A stretch of 64,000 nucleotides of DNA from positions 832,001 through 896,000 of the forward strand of contig CBDBCR010000001.1 of NCBI GenBank assembly GCA_965203465.1, written 5' to 3'. A program made the translations under genes and the position numbers. Shown one piece after another: positions 38,923 to 49,092 of the stretch (position 1 is its first letter; each line of letters begins with the position of its first letter). The DNA comes from Nitrosopumilaceae archaeon. GTDB lineage: Archaea; Thermoproteota; Nitrososphaeria; Nitrososphaerales; Nitrosopumilaceae. A model generated the notes under the pieces. The model was not told where the DNA came from. It did no database searches and worked only from the letters and a program-made list of their open reading frames with translations.

Positions 38923-39168
38923 GTCGTCGGGGTCGCCGCGCACGCAGTCGGTCCCGACGGCCCTGAGCCGCTCGAAGCGCACGCGTCCGGGCGGCATGCG
39001 CCCCTGCTTTTGCAGCTCTTCGGCCCTGCCGCCTATGGCCCTGCGGTGCGCGCCGCAGGCCACCCCTATCATGTACTCGTCGGGGCCGTCTGCCACCGAG
39101 ACCACGAACTCGGGCGGGCTGGGGCACCTTTTGCCGCCGCGCGAGACCGAGCACCTGTCGGGGAGCAC
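38905..39168 (-). CDS. small conserved hypothetical protein
   Basis: MLPDRCSV...CPSPPEFVVSV...EYMIGVACGAH...VGTDCV; start GTG 39168. Confidence 0.72.
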   Translation of the reverse strand: MLPDRCSVSRGGKRCPSPPEFVVSVADGPDEYMIGVACGAHRRAIGGRAEELQKQGRMPPGRVRFERLRAVGTDCVRGDPDDLVAIG

Positions 39169-39232
39169 GGCGCGCCCTCCCCGCGCGGCTATTAATCTGT
39201 AGGGTAAAATTACGCGCGCCCGTGCCCCGTCC

Positions 39233-40525
39233 GTGAAGGTCTGGCTTGCCGTGGTCGGAGGGGGGCTGGTAGGCACGGCGCTGGCCTTCTTTGCCGCCTG
39301 CACGGGGGGCAGGCCGGTGTGCGTCGTGGAACGCGAGGCCGACGTGGCGAGGCACGCGAGCGGGCGCAACACCGGCAAGGTGCACGCGCCGTACCTGTAC
39401 GATCCGCAAAAAAAGGGCGGGTTCGCAAGGGCGGCCCTAGCCGGGTTCGGCATGTGGAAGGCGTACGCCGGATCGAAGGGCCTCGCGTTCAGGGAGGACG
39501 GAGTGCTAGAGGTGGCCCTCGACGGGCGCGGCTCCAAAATGCTGGAAAAATACCGCGGGTGGGGCCTTGCCAACGGGCTGTCCGAGTCGGACATGGAGGT
39601 GCTCGACGGCCGGCAGGTGAGGGGCCGCGAGCCGTCCGTGCGCTGCGAGTCGGCGCTGTTCTGCTCGCGCGACGCGTCCGTCGACTACGGCCAGCTTGCG
39701 CGCGCCCTGCGATCCGACGCCGAAAAGTCCGGCGCCCGGTTCCTGACCGGCCGGCGCGTGTGCGGCGCCGGGCCCGGCTCGCTGGAGCTGGACGGCGGCG
39801 GGTCCGTCGAGGCCGACTTTGTGGTCAACGCGGCCGGCGGCGAGGCCGTCGACATCGCGCACATGATGGGCGCCGGCCTGGAATACACCGACGTCCACTT
39901 CCGGGGCGAGTACTGGAGGGCGCCGCGCGAGTACGAAAAGCTGACCTCGACGAGCGTGTATTCTGCGCCCGAATTCCCAGAGTACCCGTTCCTGGATCCC
40001 CACTGGGTGGTGCGCTCGGACGGCTCGTGCCTGGTGGGGCCCAACGCGGTGCCCGTCTTCAGCCCGTACGGCTATGACAGGGCCGAGAACGCGCGGGCGC
40101 TGCTGCCCAAGATCTTGGAGATGCTCGGCTCGGGCGCGCGCAAGACGCTGCTGGACGGCAGGTTCCAGGCGCTGGCGCTGCGCGAGATGGCCTCGTCGGT
40201 CTCAAAGTCGGCCATGATATCGCGGGTGCGCAGGTTCCTGCCCGGCCTGGATCCCGGAAAATTCGACGAGCGCGGCCTCGCGGGCATACGCTCGCAGGTG
40301 ATAGGGCCGCGGGGCGGCTTCGAGCCCGAGGCCCTCGAGCTGCGCGCGGGGCCGTCGCTGAGCATACTGAACTACAACTCGCCGGGGGCCACCGGCGTGC
40401 TGCCCTTCTGCGCGGCCCTGCTCGGCCGGCTGTACTCTGACGGGAGCCTGGGCGCGGGGCCCTCGGGGGAGCGGTGCGGCCCGTGGAAGTTTTCAGAGAT
40501 CCAGGGCGTCCAGGATGCGGCCTGA
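39233..40525 (+). CDS. FAD-dependent oxidoreductase, L-2-hydroxyglutarate oxidase-like
   Basis: GGGLVG, HASGRNTGKVH, FRGEY, GPNA, NSPGAT. Confidence 0.88.
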   Translation: MKVWLAVVGGGLVGTALAFFAACTGGRPVCVVEREADVARHASGRNTGKVHAPYLYDPQKKGGFARAALAGFGMWKAYAGSKGLAFREDGVLEVALDGRGSKMLEKYRGWGLANGLSESDMEVLDGRQVRGREPSVRCESALFCSRDASVDYGQLARALRSDAEKSGARFLTGRRVCGAGPGSLELDGGGSVEADFVVNAAGGEAVDIAHMMGAGLEYTDVHFRGEYWRAPREYEKLTSTSVYSAPEFPEYPFLDPHWVVRSDGSCLVGPNAVPVFSPYGYDRAENARALLPKILEMLGSGARKTLLDGRFQALALREMASSVSKSAMISRVRRFLPGLDPGKFDERGLAGIRSQVIGPRGGFEPEALELRAGPSLSILNYNSPGATGVLPFCAALLGRLYSDGSLGAGPSGERCGPWKFSEIQGVQDAA

Positions 40526-41533
40526 GGCCCTGCCGTCGCCAAGGGGGCTCTTCCATCCGCCCAGCTTTAGGGCGCGCCCGGCCGCCTCCGTTATTCCCCG
40601 CCCGGACGTGCCGGCCACTATGTTGGCCCCCGCCTCGACGGTCTCGGGCCTCTCGGTGGAATCGCGCATGGTCACGCAGGGCACGCCGAGCACGCACGCC
40701 TCCTCCTGCACGCCCCCCGAGTCGGTCAGGATCAGGGCCGCGTCCTTCTCCAGGCCCAGAAACTCAAGGTAGCCTGCCGGCTCCCTGACGCGCAGGCCGC
40801 CCATGCCTACGCCGAACCTGCGCGCCATCTTCCTGGAGCGCGGGTGCAGGGGCAGCACCACGGGCACCCCGTGGATCCTCTGCAGGTCTTTGAGCGCCGC
40901 CGTTATGCCGGCCAGCGTGGAGCGCTCGTCCACCGATTCCTGCCTGTGCAGCGACGCAAGAAAGTACCTCCCGGCCGGCGCCGGGCCCGCGCGCCCCGCG
41001 TTCCGCATGACCGAGTCCACCACGGTGTTGCCCGTCACAAGTATCCTGCCGCGCACCCTCTCGCGCCTCAGGTTGGAGGCGGCGTGCGCTGTGGGGGCGA
41101 ACAGCAGGTCCGAGATACGGTCGGCCATTATGCGGTTGAACTCTTCGGGCATGCGCGCCTCGCCGCTGCGCAGCCCCGCCTCGACGTGCCCCAGCCTGAT
41201 GCCCAGCTTTTGCGCCGCCAGGGCGCCGGCAAGGACCGTGTTCGTGTCTCCCTGCACCAGGACGGCCGGCGGATCCTCGCGCGCAAAGGCGCCCTCGAGC
41301 GCGGCTGCCGCGCGCATGACCTGCCTCTCGCGCGAATCCGATCCCACGCGCAGCCGGCGGGCCGGCTTGGGCAGCCCGATCTGCTCGAAAAACACCGAAT
41401 CCATGGAGCGCGTATAGTGCTGCCCGCTGTGTATGACGGCGAACGGAATATTCCTTTCCTGGCACTCAAAGACGACGGGGGCCATCTTTATGATCTCGGG
41501 CCGGGTACCCACCACTATGGCCAGGCGCTTCAC
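40493..41533 (-). CDS. wecB: UDP-N-acetylglucosamine 2-epimerase (non-hydrolysing)
   Basis: GTRPEIIKM, HSGQHY, QGDT, HVEAGLRS, TDSGGVQEEA; start GTG 41533. Confidence 0.96.
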   Translation of the reverse strand: MKRLAIVVGTRPEIIKMAPVVFECQERNIPFAVIHSGQHYTRSMDSVFFEQIGLPKPARRLRVGSDSRERQVMRAAAALEGAFAREDPPAVLVQGDTNTVLAGALAAQKLGIRLGHVEAGLRSGEARMPEEFNRIMADRISDLLFAPTAHAASNLRRERVRGRILVTGNTVVDSVMRNAGRAGPAPAGRYFLASLHRQESVDERSTLAGITAALKDLQRIHGVPVVLPLHPRSRKMARRFGVGMGGLRVREPAGYLEFLGLEKDAALILTDSGGVQEEACVLGVPCVTMRDSTERPETVEAGANIVAGTSGRGITEAAGRALKLGGWKSPLGDGRASGRILDALDL

Positions 41534-41571
41534 GCCGCGCCCCGCTGGCGTCCCGTTAATAACGGCGCGCC

Positions 41572-42936
41572 TCACGGCAGGCGCTGCACCAGAAAGCCGT
41601 ACTCTTTGCAGCCGTCGTAGTGGCCGCGTATCTCGGGCTGCCACCCGCGGCCCGCGTCGAGCATGTCCAGCGAGCGCCTCAGCTCCGGGATGGAGCCGTA
41701 GCACCGGCCGTTGCGGCGCACCAGGCCCTCGAGGAACTCCTCCTGGGGCAGCGAGTCGCTCTTTTTGCAGTTGCAGTCCCTGCAGGACAGCACCAGGTTC
41801 CAGGGGTCGTCTTCGAACATGTAAGACCACGGTATCAGATGATCCACGTCTGTGCGGCCCTCCTCCAGCCTGCTCCGGCAGTAAAAGCAGTGGCGCGTGT
41901 GGTCCAGGTACAGGCGCCTGTACGCGGCCAGGCTGCCCCTGGCCGCGTCGTACCTTTCCAGCTTTGCTATCAGCATGGGCATCGAGTTTATCCTTTCCAG
42001 GAATTTTGCCCACTCTGCGAGCACCGCCGACGAGAGCACGTTGTAGTTGTCCCTGAAAAAGGAGAACGCCTCGGGCTTGAGCCAGATCTTCTGCTCGTCG
42101 TCGTCGTACCCGTAGAACATGTCGGTGCGCACCGCCCCGGAGCGGTGCCTGAGGTTCTGGAACCGGGGCACCACCAGCGACGTCTTGCTCCTTGCGTGGC
42201 CAAAGACCGTCTTTAGTATCTCGGACTCTGCCCTCCGCACGTCCGCCCTGTCCAGCTTTGCAAAGTCGCCGGGCGCGCTGCCGCCGAAGACCCGGCGTAT
42301 CGCGAGGATGGCCTTGGGGTCGCTTTCGGTCCTGAAGTCCTGCTTTATGCGGAACTTGCACTCTTGGTGCCAATAGTACCGCAGGAACCTCGAGGCGAGG
42401 TACCTGTAGGGTATCTCCAGCGCGCCCGCGGAGTCGGGGGAGGCGCGCGCGTTCTCCCGGCAGTGATCCAGGATGGCGCGCGCCAGCGCGAACTTGTACG
42501 TGTTGGCCTTGCCGCCCCTGCGCAGTATGGCCATGAACGCGTCGTCCATGTCCGGAAGGTCCGGGGCCGCGCCGGGATCGGAGACGTCGGCCCAGCCGGG
42601 GGGCAGCTCTTTTGCCAGCCGGAACACGCCGCTGCCTTTTTTCCAGTCTGCCAGCGCGCCTTTGCCGCGGAGCTTTGCAAGCTCTTGGTCGACTGCGTTG
42701 TAAAAGTCGCTCGACTTTCTGGCCCCGCCCCACAGGCTCGGGTGCAGGTGGAGCCGCTCTGCGATCGGCTCCAGGAACTCGCTGCGGGCGTGCCAGACCG
42801 GCTCGTCGCGCAGCGCGCCCTGCCCCCGCGCCGCGGCCCCGCCGATCTCTGATATCGTCCTGCCGCCGCCCCCGAACACGTCGGCCATGGCGGCCCGCAG
42901 GTGGTCCCTGCGGATGGCGCCCTCGTAGTGAGCCAC
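41572..42936 (-). CDS. HNH endonuclease with N-terminal putative winged-helix domain
   Basis: NTYKFALARAIL central motif; C-terminal CFYC...VDHLIPWS...WNLVLSCRDCNCKKSD. Confidence 0.88.
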   Translation of the reverse strand: MAHYEGAIRRDHLRAAMADVFGGGGRTISEIGGAAARGQGALRDEPVWHARSEFLEPIAERLHLHPSLWGGARKSSDFYNAVDQELAKLRGKGALADWKKGSGVFRLAKELPPGWADVSDPGAAPDLPDMDDAFMAILRRGGKANTYKFALARAILDHCRENARASPDSAGALEIPYRYLASRFLRYYWHQECKFRIKQDFRTESDPKAILAIRRVFGGSAPGDFAKLDRADVRRAESEILKTVFGHARSKTSLVVPRFQNLRHRSGAVRTDMFYGYDDDEQKIWLKPEAFSFFRDNYNVLSSAVLAEWAKFLERINSMPMLIAKLERYDAARGSLAAYRRLYLDHTRHCFYCRSRLEEGRTDVDHLIPWSYMFEDDPWNLVLSCRDCNCKKSDSLPQEEFLEGLVRRNGRCYGSIPELRRSLDMLDAGRGWQPEIRGHYDGCKEYGFLVQRLP

Positions 42937-43129
42937 GGGTTTTGGCTACCGGCCCTGCGTAAATGTGTGACGGGGCAGGGCGCGCCCCTGCCGATTTGCC
43001 GCGCCGTACCGGGCATGGCCCCTGCCGCCCGAAGCCCACCCGTGCTCGTGGTCGAAGGCACGTCTCTTATACGAAGCCCGCAATCTGCCCCTCCAACACT
43101 ATTATGCCTGGAAATGCGTTGGTTGAGCG

Positions 43130-44629
43130 GTGGCCACCATCCAAGCGAGCAGCCGTGACGCCGGGCCGGGGCACGAGGCGGGTGCGAAAAACGGCGTCTT
43201 TGCGACCGATGAACCGGGCGCACCAGGACGGTCTCCCCGGCGCGGACAGAGCTTGGAAATCGGCATGTCGCCCCAAGAGGTGATTCGGTTCCTGCAATCA
43301 CGCGAATCAACAGACTACGACAAAAACTACTACACGCTCAAGCGCATCGTATCTGAAAACCCCGCGGAATACTCTCGGCTCGCAAGGCGCATGCCAAACA
43401 TGTCTGGCGTGTTCCGCAGCGGGTTGTTTGAGGCGCTGTCCGCATCCGACGCCGCCCTGGACTGGGAGTCGGTTCTGGAGCTTTGCGGTACGATGCTAGA
43501 CGGTGCCGGCCGCACAGAAAGCATCGATTCCCTGCTGGACGACTGCGGGACTCTGTTGCGCAAAAATCTAAAGCCTGGCAGGATCCCGTTCGAATTGCGC
43601 CAGAACGCTTGGAGCGTGCTGGATCGAGCCACAAAACTTGCGCTATCTGATCCCAGTCCGTACGAATCCCGCGGCTCGAATCCCAGCGCATTCATTGCGT
43701 GCATAAACAGCGGAACGGGGGAAACTGCGCTTGCAATAGTCCAATATTCGGTCTGGTGCTACTTTGGCCTAAAAGCCGGCGGCCATGCGCCCGACCGGTT
43801 GCCCGAAGAGGCGAAGACCGCGCTTGAATCGCTGCTGGGCAGCGGCGGATCCCCCCTCGTCCACGCTGCCATGGGGCTCGGCTTTGCCGAGTTGATGTCG
43901 ATCGACCGTGCCTGGGCCTCCAAGCGCGCAGGGACGGTGTTTGTGCGCGGGCATCCGGCGGGGGACGCCGCGTGGGAGTCGTACGTCCGGAATCGCGTGC
44001 ACCCGGCCAGCTTCAAGGCGCTTTTTCAGGAATACGTGTACCGGCTGGGCGCCACTTCCAGGCTCGAGACCCTTGAAATGACCGCGGATCACGTGGTCGT
44101 AGCGCACCTGCACTGCCTTGGAGACACCGACGTGCTGATCGACTCGATCATCGAAAAGAAGGACGGCGCCTTGCTGTCGTATCTGGTGCGGCGCATGGGA
44201 CAGTCGGCAAACCGCTGGCCCGGCAGCGGATCCGGGGCGGACGTGGGCGCGTTTGCCCTGCGCAAAGAGGTGCTGGCAAACCCGAGTGCGGGATGGCTGT
44301 TTCTGAACAAGCGCATGGCAGACAAAGATCGCCTGGATATGCTGGACCGCACACTGGCCGCGACGGGGGGAAAGATCGATCCCGCATCCCTCGTACTCGA
44401 GGATCTCAAACCAATGGCCAGTTCGTACCCGGCCAAGACCGTCGCCTGCGTAGAAAGGATAGCATCCATACGCAAGGCGGACGACGGAATCTTCAGCCTG
44501 CTCGCGGTAATCTACGAGACGCTCCAGGCCGCGCTTGAGACGAAAAACGCCGAGGCGGAACGGGCTGCGAGGCGGGTGGCCAACGCTCTGGGCGCGTACG
44601 GGTTTGAGAGGTTCCGCAGACTCTCCTAA
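43130..44629 (+). CDS. alpha-helical hypothetical protein, possibly the C-terminal remnant of a larger defence protein
   Basis: Long protein-like ORF with lower GC3; start unclear (ATG 43265 possible). Confidence 0.65.
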   Translation: MATIQASSRDAGPGHEAGAKNGVFATDEPGAPGRSPRRGQSLEIGMSPQEVIRFLQSRESTDYDKNYYTLKRIVSENPAEYSRLARRMPNMSGVFRSGLFEALSASDAALDWESVLELCGTMLDGAGRTESIDSLLDDCGTLLRKNLKPGRIPFELRQNAWSVLDRATKLALSDPSPYESRGSNPSAFIACINSGTGETALAIVQYSVWCYFGLKAGGHAPDRLPEEAKTALESLLGSGGSPLVHAAMGLGFAELMSIDRAWASKRAGTVFVRGHPAGDAAWESYVRNRVHPASFKALFQEYVYRLGATSRLETLEMTADHVVVAHLHCLGDTDVLIDSIIEKKDGALLSYLVRRMGQSANRWPGSGSGADVGAFALRKEVLANPSAGWLFLNKRMADKDRLDMLDRTLAATGGKIDPASLVLEDLKPMASSYPAKTVACVERIASIRKADDGIFSLLAVIYETLQAALETKNAEAERAARRVANALGAYGFERFRRLS

Positions 44630-44656
44630 ATCCGAGCGATCCCTACCGGACAGTCC

Positions 44657-45082
44657 GTCACGCCCTTGCATCTTGCGACCTGCCGATTACGTCCAAGACA
44701 AGTTCCGGCCCTCTCATGTTTGCTACCAAGGACGTCCATTTGGACGCTTGGATCGTCTGTTCCGATTCTACGCACAAACGGATCCTGGTCTTGTTTATAG
44801 TCTCGGATGCATGTCGACCGTCCGTTTGTTCTGCAAAGCGTGGTTCTGGGATCTGCCAACCCGGTGCTGGAACTTTTTCGGATCCGCCACGTCGTCTCTT
44901 GCAGCTCCGGGCTGTTTCATCGGATCCGAGACAAACGGCGCGCTGCTGGTCGGAACCTCGATCATGGCGTCCCGCCCGTGTCCTCTTGTCTTGTTCAGCG
45001 CCGCAAAATGTAGAAACGTACCGCTCTCGTTCAGGTATTCGGACATCTTTTTGAAATCGTCGCGATCACTTTCCTTGCTCAT
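44657..45082 (-). pseudogene. degraded PD-(D/E)xK-like nuclease-domain gene
   Basis: YLNESGTFLH...IEVP...RTVD, then shifted frame TINKTRIRLCVES; fragments only. Confidence 0.4.
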
Positions 45083-45202
45083 TACTGCGCCCCGAACGGC
45101 GGAAACGGGTATAAAAGCGCCGCTTCGCCAAAGGCCGGAGCCGCCTGACCCGCGCGCCGGGCCCGGCGCATAGGATATTAACGGCGCGCCGGGGGCGCCG
45201 GC

Positions 45203-46774
45203 GTGAAAAAGCGCACAAAGGGGATACTCGCCTTTGCGTTCCTCGGTGGCATCATGGTCACCTCCGGGGTCACCATCGCCATACCGGGCATCGTGCCCGA
45301 GGACGAGAGCATGAGGATAACCGAGACGGGCACGCCTGCGGACAACTTTCCGGACGTGCAGCGCCCGCAGTTCTGCGGCGAGGGCGTGCCGGGCCGGACC
45401 CCCTACGTGACCGAGTACGGGGTGCCCACGCCGTGCACGCTGCCGCTGGCCATCACGTCGGATCCGTCAGGCAAGCTGTGGTTCGTGCAGACCAACACGG
45501 GCATGGTGGCAAGCTTTGATCCGCTCACCGAGCAGTTCGAAGAGTTCGAGAACCCGACGTGGCCGGCGCGGGCGCGCTCGATGATGTGGGGCGCCGACTA
45601 TTCGGCCGACAACTCGATCTGGTACTCGGACGAGGTCAACGACGCGGTGTGGCGCTTTTCCATAGACGACGGGCAGTACCGGCGGGTGGACTTTCCGGCG
45701 GCCGAGCGCCAGGGGGCCTCGATGCCCGACCCGCTGCCGCAGCGCGTCATGGCCGACGGCTCGCAGATAATAGTCAACGACCTTTTCGGCAACAAGATAA
45801 CCCTGCTCGACGCGAGCCTGTCCGGCGACGATCACGTGGACGTGCCCTCGCCGCTGCCGTCCGGATTCACCGGCGGGTTCGCCAAGGGGGCCGGCTCGCA
45901 GCTGTGGTACACGTCGTGGAACCCCGGCGCCGGCGGCCTGCTGGTCAGCCTGGACATGGACCAGTACCGGCGGGCGGTGGCCTCGGGGGAGGATCCGTCC
46001 GGGAGCATGCGCACGTTCGAGTTCCCCGCGTCCGTGCAGACTGTCAACGGCATCGTGGAATCGGCCGGCCGGGTGTGGATGGCCGACACGTCCACGTCCA
46101 ACTTTTACTCGTTCGAGCCGGCCGGCGAATCGTTCACCCAGTACACGCTGGCGCGCCCCGCCGAGGCCTCGTACGGCAACCAGACCGGCATAGTCGCCTC
46201 GCCGCTGGCAAGGCCCTACTGGGCCGACGTCCACCGCGACGGCCGCATAATATTCAACGAGCAGACGGCCAACCGGATATCGCTCTTCGACCCTTCCGAC
46301 GAGTCGCTCACCGGCTACGACATACCCTCGCGCAACCCAGTCTGGGCCGACTGCGGGGACTTGCCCGACTGCGGCCTGGCGCAGGCGTTCGACTTTGAGC
46401 CGGTCGGGGACAAGATATGGTACACGGGGTGGGTCACCAACACCATAGGGGCCGTCGATACGTCCGTCGAGCCGCCAGTCTCGGTCTCCGTAGAGCCTCG
46501 CACCGTCGTGTACGGGATAGACGAGGCCGTCGTGATGACAGTCTCTGCCTCCGAGCAGGTAAGCGCGGCCGTCGAGGCCAACGCGAGCACCTCGTCGCTG
46601 GCCGCCCAGATACCCGGCGAGTTCGGCGCGTTCGAGCTGGAGGCGGGCGGCCGGGAGGCCATACCCATAGGGGTGTTCGCGCCCGACCCCGAGCCGGGGA
46701 CCTACAAGATGCTCGTCGGCGTGAGCACCGACGGCCTAGTGGTCGGCCAGTACGTCACGGCAGTAGTCCCATGA
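45203..46774 (+). CDS. secreted Vgb-lyase-like beta-propeller protein
   Basis: Signal/TM segment, repeated G.LWF/IWY...DP blades. Confidence 0.85.
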   Translation: MKKRTKGILAFAFLGGIMVTSGVTIAIPGIVPEDESMRITETGTPADNFPDVQRPQFCGEGVPGRTPYVTEYGVPTPCTLPLAITSDPSGKLWFVQTNTGMVASFDPLTEQFEEFENPTWPARARSMMWGADYSADNSIWYSDEVNDAVWRFSIDDGQYRRVDFPAAERQGASMPDPLPQRVMADGSQIIVNDLFGNKITLLDASLSGDDHVDVPSPLPSGFTGGFAKGAGSQLWYTSWNPGAGGLLVSLDMDQYRRAVASGEDPSGSMRTFEFPASVQTVNGIVESAGRVWMADTSTSNFYSFEPAGESFTQYTLARPAEASYGNQTGIVASPLARPYWADVHRDGRIIFNEQTANRISLFDPSDESLTGYDIPSRNPVWADCGDLPDCGLAQAFDFEPVGDKIWYTGWVTNTIGAVDTSVEPPVSVSVEPRTVVYGIDEAVVMTVSASEQVSAAVEANASTSSLAAQIPGEFGAFELEAGGREAIPIGVFAPDPEPGTYKMLVGVSTDGLVVGQYVTAVVP

Positions 46775-47919
46775 TCGGCGTGCCGCCGGCGGACCGGGCG
46801 GTCGGCATGCTCTGCTACAGCACGCAGAACCCGGGCTGCGGCGGCGCGCTGCGCTCGGCGCCGGGCGACTTTGCGGTCCAGGAGGTGCTGCAGCCGGGCG
46901 CGCTCGACGGGGTGGGCCCGTCTGGCCCGTACCCCCTCTACGCGCTGTACAAGGCCGGCACGGACACCAACGGGGCCCTGCGGCAGGTGCGCAAAAAGAC
47001 GGGGCTGCGCCTGCTGGCCATGGGCCTCAAGGATTCGGACGCGTACACCCGGCAGTACCTGTACTCGGTCTCGCGCGCGCGCGGGCCCCCGCGAGCCTCG
47101 GGCCGCCGGTGGCGCCTGCGCAGGCTGGGCTTCACGCAGAGGCCCCTGTCCAAGCGGCACATGTCGGGCAACAGGTTCGTAGTGCGCGTCGAGGGGGCCG
47201 GCAAGATGCCCGACAAGATGCCCGACCCCGGGCCGGTCGCAAACTTTTACGGGTACCAGCGCTTCGGCCTGCCCTCGCCGGTCACGCACCTGGTAGGCAG
47301 GGCCCTGGTGCGCGGGGACCTGGACGGGGCTGTGCGCGCCCTGCTGGGCGCCGACGCGTCGGACCCCGAAATGGCGCTGCGGGAGCTGCCGCCCGGCGCC
47401 GGGCCCGAAAGGGCGGTCCTTTGCGCGCTCGCGCGCGGCTCGGATCCCGTCGGGGCGCTGCGGCAGCTGCCCGTCTCGCTGCGCCGCCTGTACGTCAACG
47501 CCTACCAGTCGTACCTGTTCAACCTGTCGCTCAGCGCGGCCCTCGAGGCGGGCGAGCGGCTCGGCCCGTCCGAGGGCGACGTGTGCTACGGGCCCGGCGG
47601 GGACCTCGGGAGGTACTCGGGGCAGAAGCACCAGCGCCTCGCGATCCCGGTGGCCGGCCACTCTTACTACGCAAAGACGCGCTTCCACCGGTACGTCTCG
47701 GAGGCTGCCTCCTCGGAGGGGGCCAGAATGCCCGACTTTAGGGTGCGCGCGCTGCCCGAATCGGGCGCCGAGGGGGGCTTCCGGCAGGCGCTCATCTCGG
47801 TGCGCGGGTTCGGCGCGGGGGGGCAGTGGGCCTGGTTCGAGCTCTCGCGCGGCTCTTACGCCACGGTGCTGCTGCGCGAGCTGATCAAGCCCCGCGATCC
47901 GGCCCTTGCCGGTTTCTGA
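46771..47919 (+). CDS. truD: tRNA pseudouridine(13) synthase
   Basis: DFAVQE, GLKD, GNRF, NFYGYQRFG, AYQSYLFN, FELSRGSYATVLLRE. Confidence 0.93.
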   Translation: MIGVPPADRAVGMLCYSTQNPGCGGALRSAPGDFAVQEVLQPGALDGVGPSGPYPLYALYKAGTDTNGALRQVRKKTGLRLLAMGLKDSDAYTRQYLYSVSRARGPPRASGRRWRLRRLGFTQRPLSKRHMSGNRFVVRVEGAGKMPDKMPDPGPVANFYGYQRFGLPSPVTHLVGRALVRGDLDGAVRALLGADASDPEMALRELPPGAGPERAVLCALARGSDPVGALRQLPVSLRRLYVNAYQSYLFNLSLSAALEAGERLGPSEGDVCYGPGGDLGRYSGQKHQRLAIPVAGHSYYAKTRFHRYVSEAASSEGARMPDFRVRALPESGAEGGFRQALISVRGFGAGGQWAWFELSRGSYATVLLRELIKPRDPALAGF

Positions 47920-48118
47920 GCAGGAACGCCAGGGCGGCGAGGCCGGCGCCGGCCGAGGCTATCTGGAGGCCGTACGCCTCCCAGTCGGGGCTTGCGTACA
48001 TGAAGGAGTATTCGGGGCCCACCAGCGCGAGGCCCTGCAGGTGGAAGACTATGCCGGCAGCGCACAGGGCAGCGCCGCCTGCCACGGCCGCCCGGGCCGG
48101 GCTAAAAGATTTGACCAT
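47885..48118 (-). CDS. small membrane protein
   Basis: Two hydrophobic segments around GPEYSFMYASPDW. Confidence 0.65.
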   Translation of the reverse strand: MVKSFSPARAAVAGGAALCAAGIVFHLQGLALVGPEYSFMYASPDWEAYGLQIASAGAGLAALAFLLRNRQGPDRGA

Positions 48119-48162
48119 TGCTCAAAGGGGGTGCGCGCGGCCCCTTTAATTACGATAGCGCG

Positions 48163-48855
48163 ATGGGGGCCGTGGAGGACTGGGACGGGACCGGAAAGCG
48201 CCGCTCGGGGCACGCCGACATTGTGCTGTTCGTGATCTCGGCTGCGGCCGCCGTGCTCGCATTCCTGGTCTTCGCGCCCCAGATAGAGAGGATAAACTCC
48301 GAATCGCCGGTGCTGCTGACGGTGCTGTTCGCGCCGGCCATGGGGATAGGGCTGCTGTACGGCATGAGGATGACGGAGCTGGCGGTGCGCCCGTCCGAGA
48401 CGCGCGGGGCCCTCAGGCGGTCGGCCACCAAGGTGTTCCTGTTCTTTTTCGTGATCGGCGGCCTGTTCAGCTCGGTCAACTTTGCGCTCAACGGGGGCAG
48501 CATAATGCCCGAGCTGGACATTTTGGAGGACGGGCTGCTGGCCTGGGCCGAGGCGTTCGTGTACGCCAACGGCGGGGCCACGTTCCTGATACTGTCCAGC
48601 ATAGCCTTGATGGCCTCTGCCACCAAGAGGATCGTGGGGATGAGCTCCGGGCTGCTCAACCGGGCCGTCACGTGCGTGAGCACGTTCATCTTTTTTTCGA
48701 TGCTGGCCCTCGGCTTCACCGGCTCGGACCCGACGCACTCTGCGGTGTTCCTGTACACGTTCTACCACGCCGGCATAATAGGCGGGGCGTTCATCGCGAT
48801 GAACCGCCTCACGCGCAACCTCAACACCATGGAAGACTACGCCAACGGGTACTAG
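48163..48855 (+). CDS. multi-pass membrane protein
   Basis: About 6 hydrophobic segments. Confidence 0.78.
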   Translation: MGAVEDWDGTGKRRSGHADIVLFVISAAAAVLAFLVFAPQIERINSESPVLLTVLFAPAMGIGLLYGMRMTELAVRPSETRGALRRSATKVFLFFFVIGGLFSSVNFALNGGSIMPELDILEDGLLAWAEAFVYANGGATFLILSSIALMASATKRIVGMSSGLLNRAVTCVSTFIFFSMLALGFTGSDPTHSAVFLYTFYHAGIIGGAFIAMNRLTRNLNTMEDYANGY

Positions 48856-48950
48856 AGGGCACCCGTGCATCGGGGCCCAAGGCGCCGGATCAGAGCGGCG
48901 CGGGAGGGGAGCCCCGCGGGGCGCCCCTTTTCCGAGCCTCCGAAAAAACT

Positions 48951-49040
48951 CTACTTGTGCGGGTTTTTGCCCGACGGGTTCCCCGTCTTGCTGGCGCCGC
49001 CGGCCTTGCCGGAGCCGCCGCCCTTTCCTGCTTTGGCCAT
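48951..49040 (-). CDS. Lys/Gly-rich 29-aa peptide
   Basis: MAKAGKGGGSGKAGGASKTGNPSGKNPHK; TTATTA box about 25 nt upstream. Confidence 0.4.
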   Translation of the reverse strand: MAKAGKGGGSGKAGGASKTGNPSGKNPHK

Positions 49041-49092
49041 GGATGGCTTGCGCGGGCGGGCGTAATAAGGAATCCGCACGATCAGTCCGGCG

